A stretch of DNA of 63,541 nucleotides, the filler included, from Octopus bimaculoides (Eukaryota), in NCBI RefSeq assembly GCF_001194135.2. It is 6 parts of 6 records of this genome, joined end to end, with 100 filler letters (N's around TTAATTAATTAA, not from the genome) between each part and the next. Parts side by side here need not be neighbours in the genome. Positions count along the whole stretch, not along the records: positions 61,762 to 63,541 come from NW_026314433.1; 5 more parts are not named here. One strand, given 5' to 3'. The translations under genes were made by a program, and so were the position numbers. The notes under the pieces were generated by a model. It worked only from the letters and a program-made list of their open reading frames with translations. It had not been told where the DNA came from and did not search any database. This document shows positions 61,854 to 63,541 of the stretch, piece after piece; positions within the stretch are counted from its first letter, which is position 1, and every line of letters starts with the position of its first letter.

Positions 61854-62310
61854 AAACGGCGAGCTGGTAGAATAGTTTGCACGCGGTGCAAACTACTTAG
61901 CCGTATGTCATCCGTCTTGACACTCCGAGCTCAAATTCCGTTGAGGTCGACTTTGCATTTCATTCTTTCGGATTCGGTAAAATAAGCACCAGTTGTACTC
62001 TGGAGTCGATGTAATCGACTAACACCTTCCCTTCTCTGAAATTGCTGGCCTTGTGCCAAAATGTGAACGTAATATCATATCTAGTCATGAGGCGGCGAGC
62101 TGGCAGAATCGTTAGCATGCTGGGCAAGATGCTTAGCGGCAATTCGTCCCTTAATACGTTCTGAGTTCAATTTCCACCGATGTTGACTTTTGTTTTTCAT
62201 CCTTTCGAATTCGATAAAATAAGTACCAGCTGAGCACTGGGGTCGATATAATCGTCTTCTCCTCTATCCCAAAATTGCTGGCCTTGTGCCAAAGATTTGA
62301 AACCAGTATT
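61854..62310 (+). mobile_element. SINE family B head-to-tail dimer (older tail type)
   Basis: Two heads (61854, 62091), each followed by the core and the tail AAATTGCTGGCCTTGTGCCAAA. Confidence 0.88.
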
Positions 62311-63541
62311 AGACATATCTTTCTATATATGAATTATAACTTTATAAGTGAGTTCAATTTGACTGTGGTTTTGATACTCGTGTTGGTGGTGGTAGAGATG
62401 ATGATTGCAGTGGTTGTTATAGTTGGGATGGTGAACGTTGTGGCTGTGGCGGAGAAGATAGCCGGAAGGGTTTAGTTGATAACACGAGACAATCAGTAAC
62501 GGAGACACACAAAGAAATATATAACGAGGCTGACTTTGAGAAACCTATCGATTAAAAAGCAATTCCTAAAATTACATACACATACGCACACACGATACAC
62601 ACACGCACAACACACATTCATATGCATATACATATATAAACATATCTATCTATCTATCTATCTATCTGTATATATANNNNNNNNNNNNNNNNNNNNNNNN
62701 NNNNNNNNNNNNNNNNNNNNNNNNNNNNNNNNNNNNNNNNNNNNNNNNNNNNNNNNNNNNNNNNNNNNNNNNNNNNNNNNNNNNNNNNNNNNNNNNNNNN
62801 NNNNNNNNNNNNNNNNNNNNNNNNNNNNNNNNNNNNNNNNNNNNNNNNNNNNNNNNNNNNNNNNNNNNNNNNNNNNNNNNNNNNNNNNNNNNNNNNNNNN
62901 NNNNNNNNNNNNNNNNNNNNNNNNNNNNNNNNNNNNNNNNNNNNNNNNNNNNNNNNNNNNNNNNNNNNNNNNNNNNNNNNNNNNNNNNNNNNNNNNNNNN
63001 NNNNNNNNNNNNNNNNNNNNNNNNNNNNNNNNNNNNNNNNNNNNNNNNNNTGTGTGTGTGTTTGTGTGTGTATATATATGTATATATATATATATATATG
63101 CATATATATGTGTACATATATATATATATGTATATATATATGTGCATATATATATATATATATATACACAGCCGCATACACATGCACACACATACACACA
63201 GGAGGGCACACACAAAATAACACACATACCTGGCACACATCCTTACGCTCTCATACACATACGCACGCACACACATAAACACACACATACACACCTCTCA
63301 CATACACAAAACCACACACACACACACACGCATACAAATATACACACATGCACACACGCGCACACACCTGTCACATACACAATACTCACTCACATACATA
63401 ACACACACGTACGCACGAAAACATACACAATATACACATACACGCACGCACAAAAAATATACACAGACGAGCACACACACGCACACGGAAACACACATAC
63501 AGACACAGATAAACACACATAAACACACACACACCCGTACC

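Overview
AT-rich, microsatellite-dense eukaryotic scaffold with many N gaps, almost all flanked by (TA)n/(CA)n/(GT)n. The repeat families and microsatellite density point to a coleoid cephalopod, probably Octopus (inference). I found no host protein-coding exon I can support, and nearly all listed ORFs are artefacts of microsatellites and N runs. The window is a mosaic of mobile elements; family labels A-F are my own working names. SINEs: tRNA-head families A, B and D, about 30 copies in all. Non-LTR retrotransposons: R4/Dong-like elements in (TAA)n tracts, an L1/Tx1-like LINE and an RTE-like 3' end. DNA transposons: maT-like and Tc1-like pseudogenes, MITEs, a Helentron-type non-autonomous element, a foldback family (F) and an unclassified ~320-350 bp tandem/inverted unit (C). 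RNA-derived pieces: a decayed 5S rRNA copy and two hammerhead-ribozyme-like cores. The most interesting signals are: (i) one SINE B variant shares its 3' terminus with the local L1/Tx1-like LINE; (ii) SINE B forms head-to-tail multimers with nucleotide-identical junctions at independent loci; (iii) SINE A shows a recurrent inverted junction; (iv) several LINEs are nested on (TAA)n at 33-36.5 kb. Coordinates of old copies are approximate, and clade names come from motif recognition by eye, not database searches.
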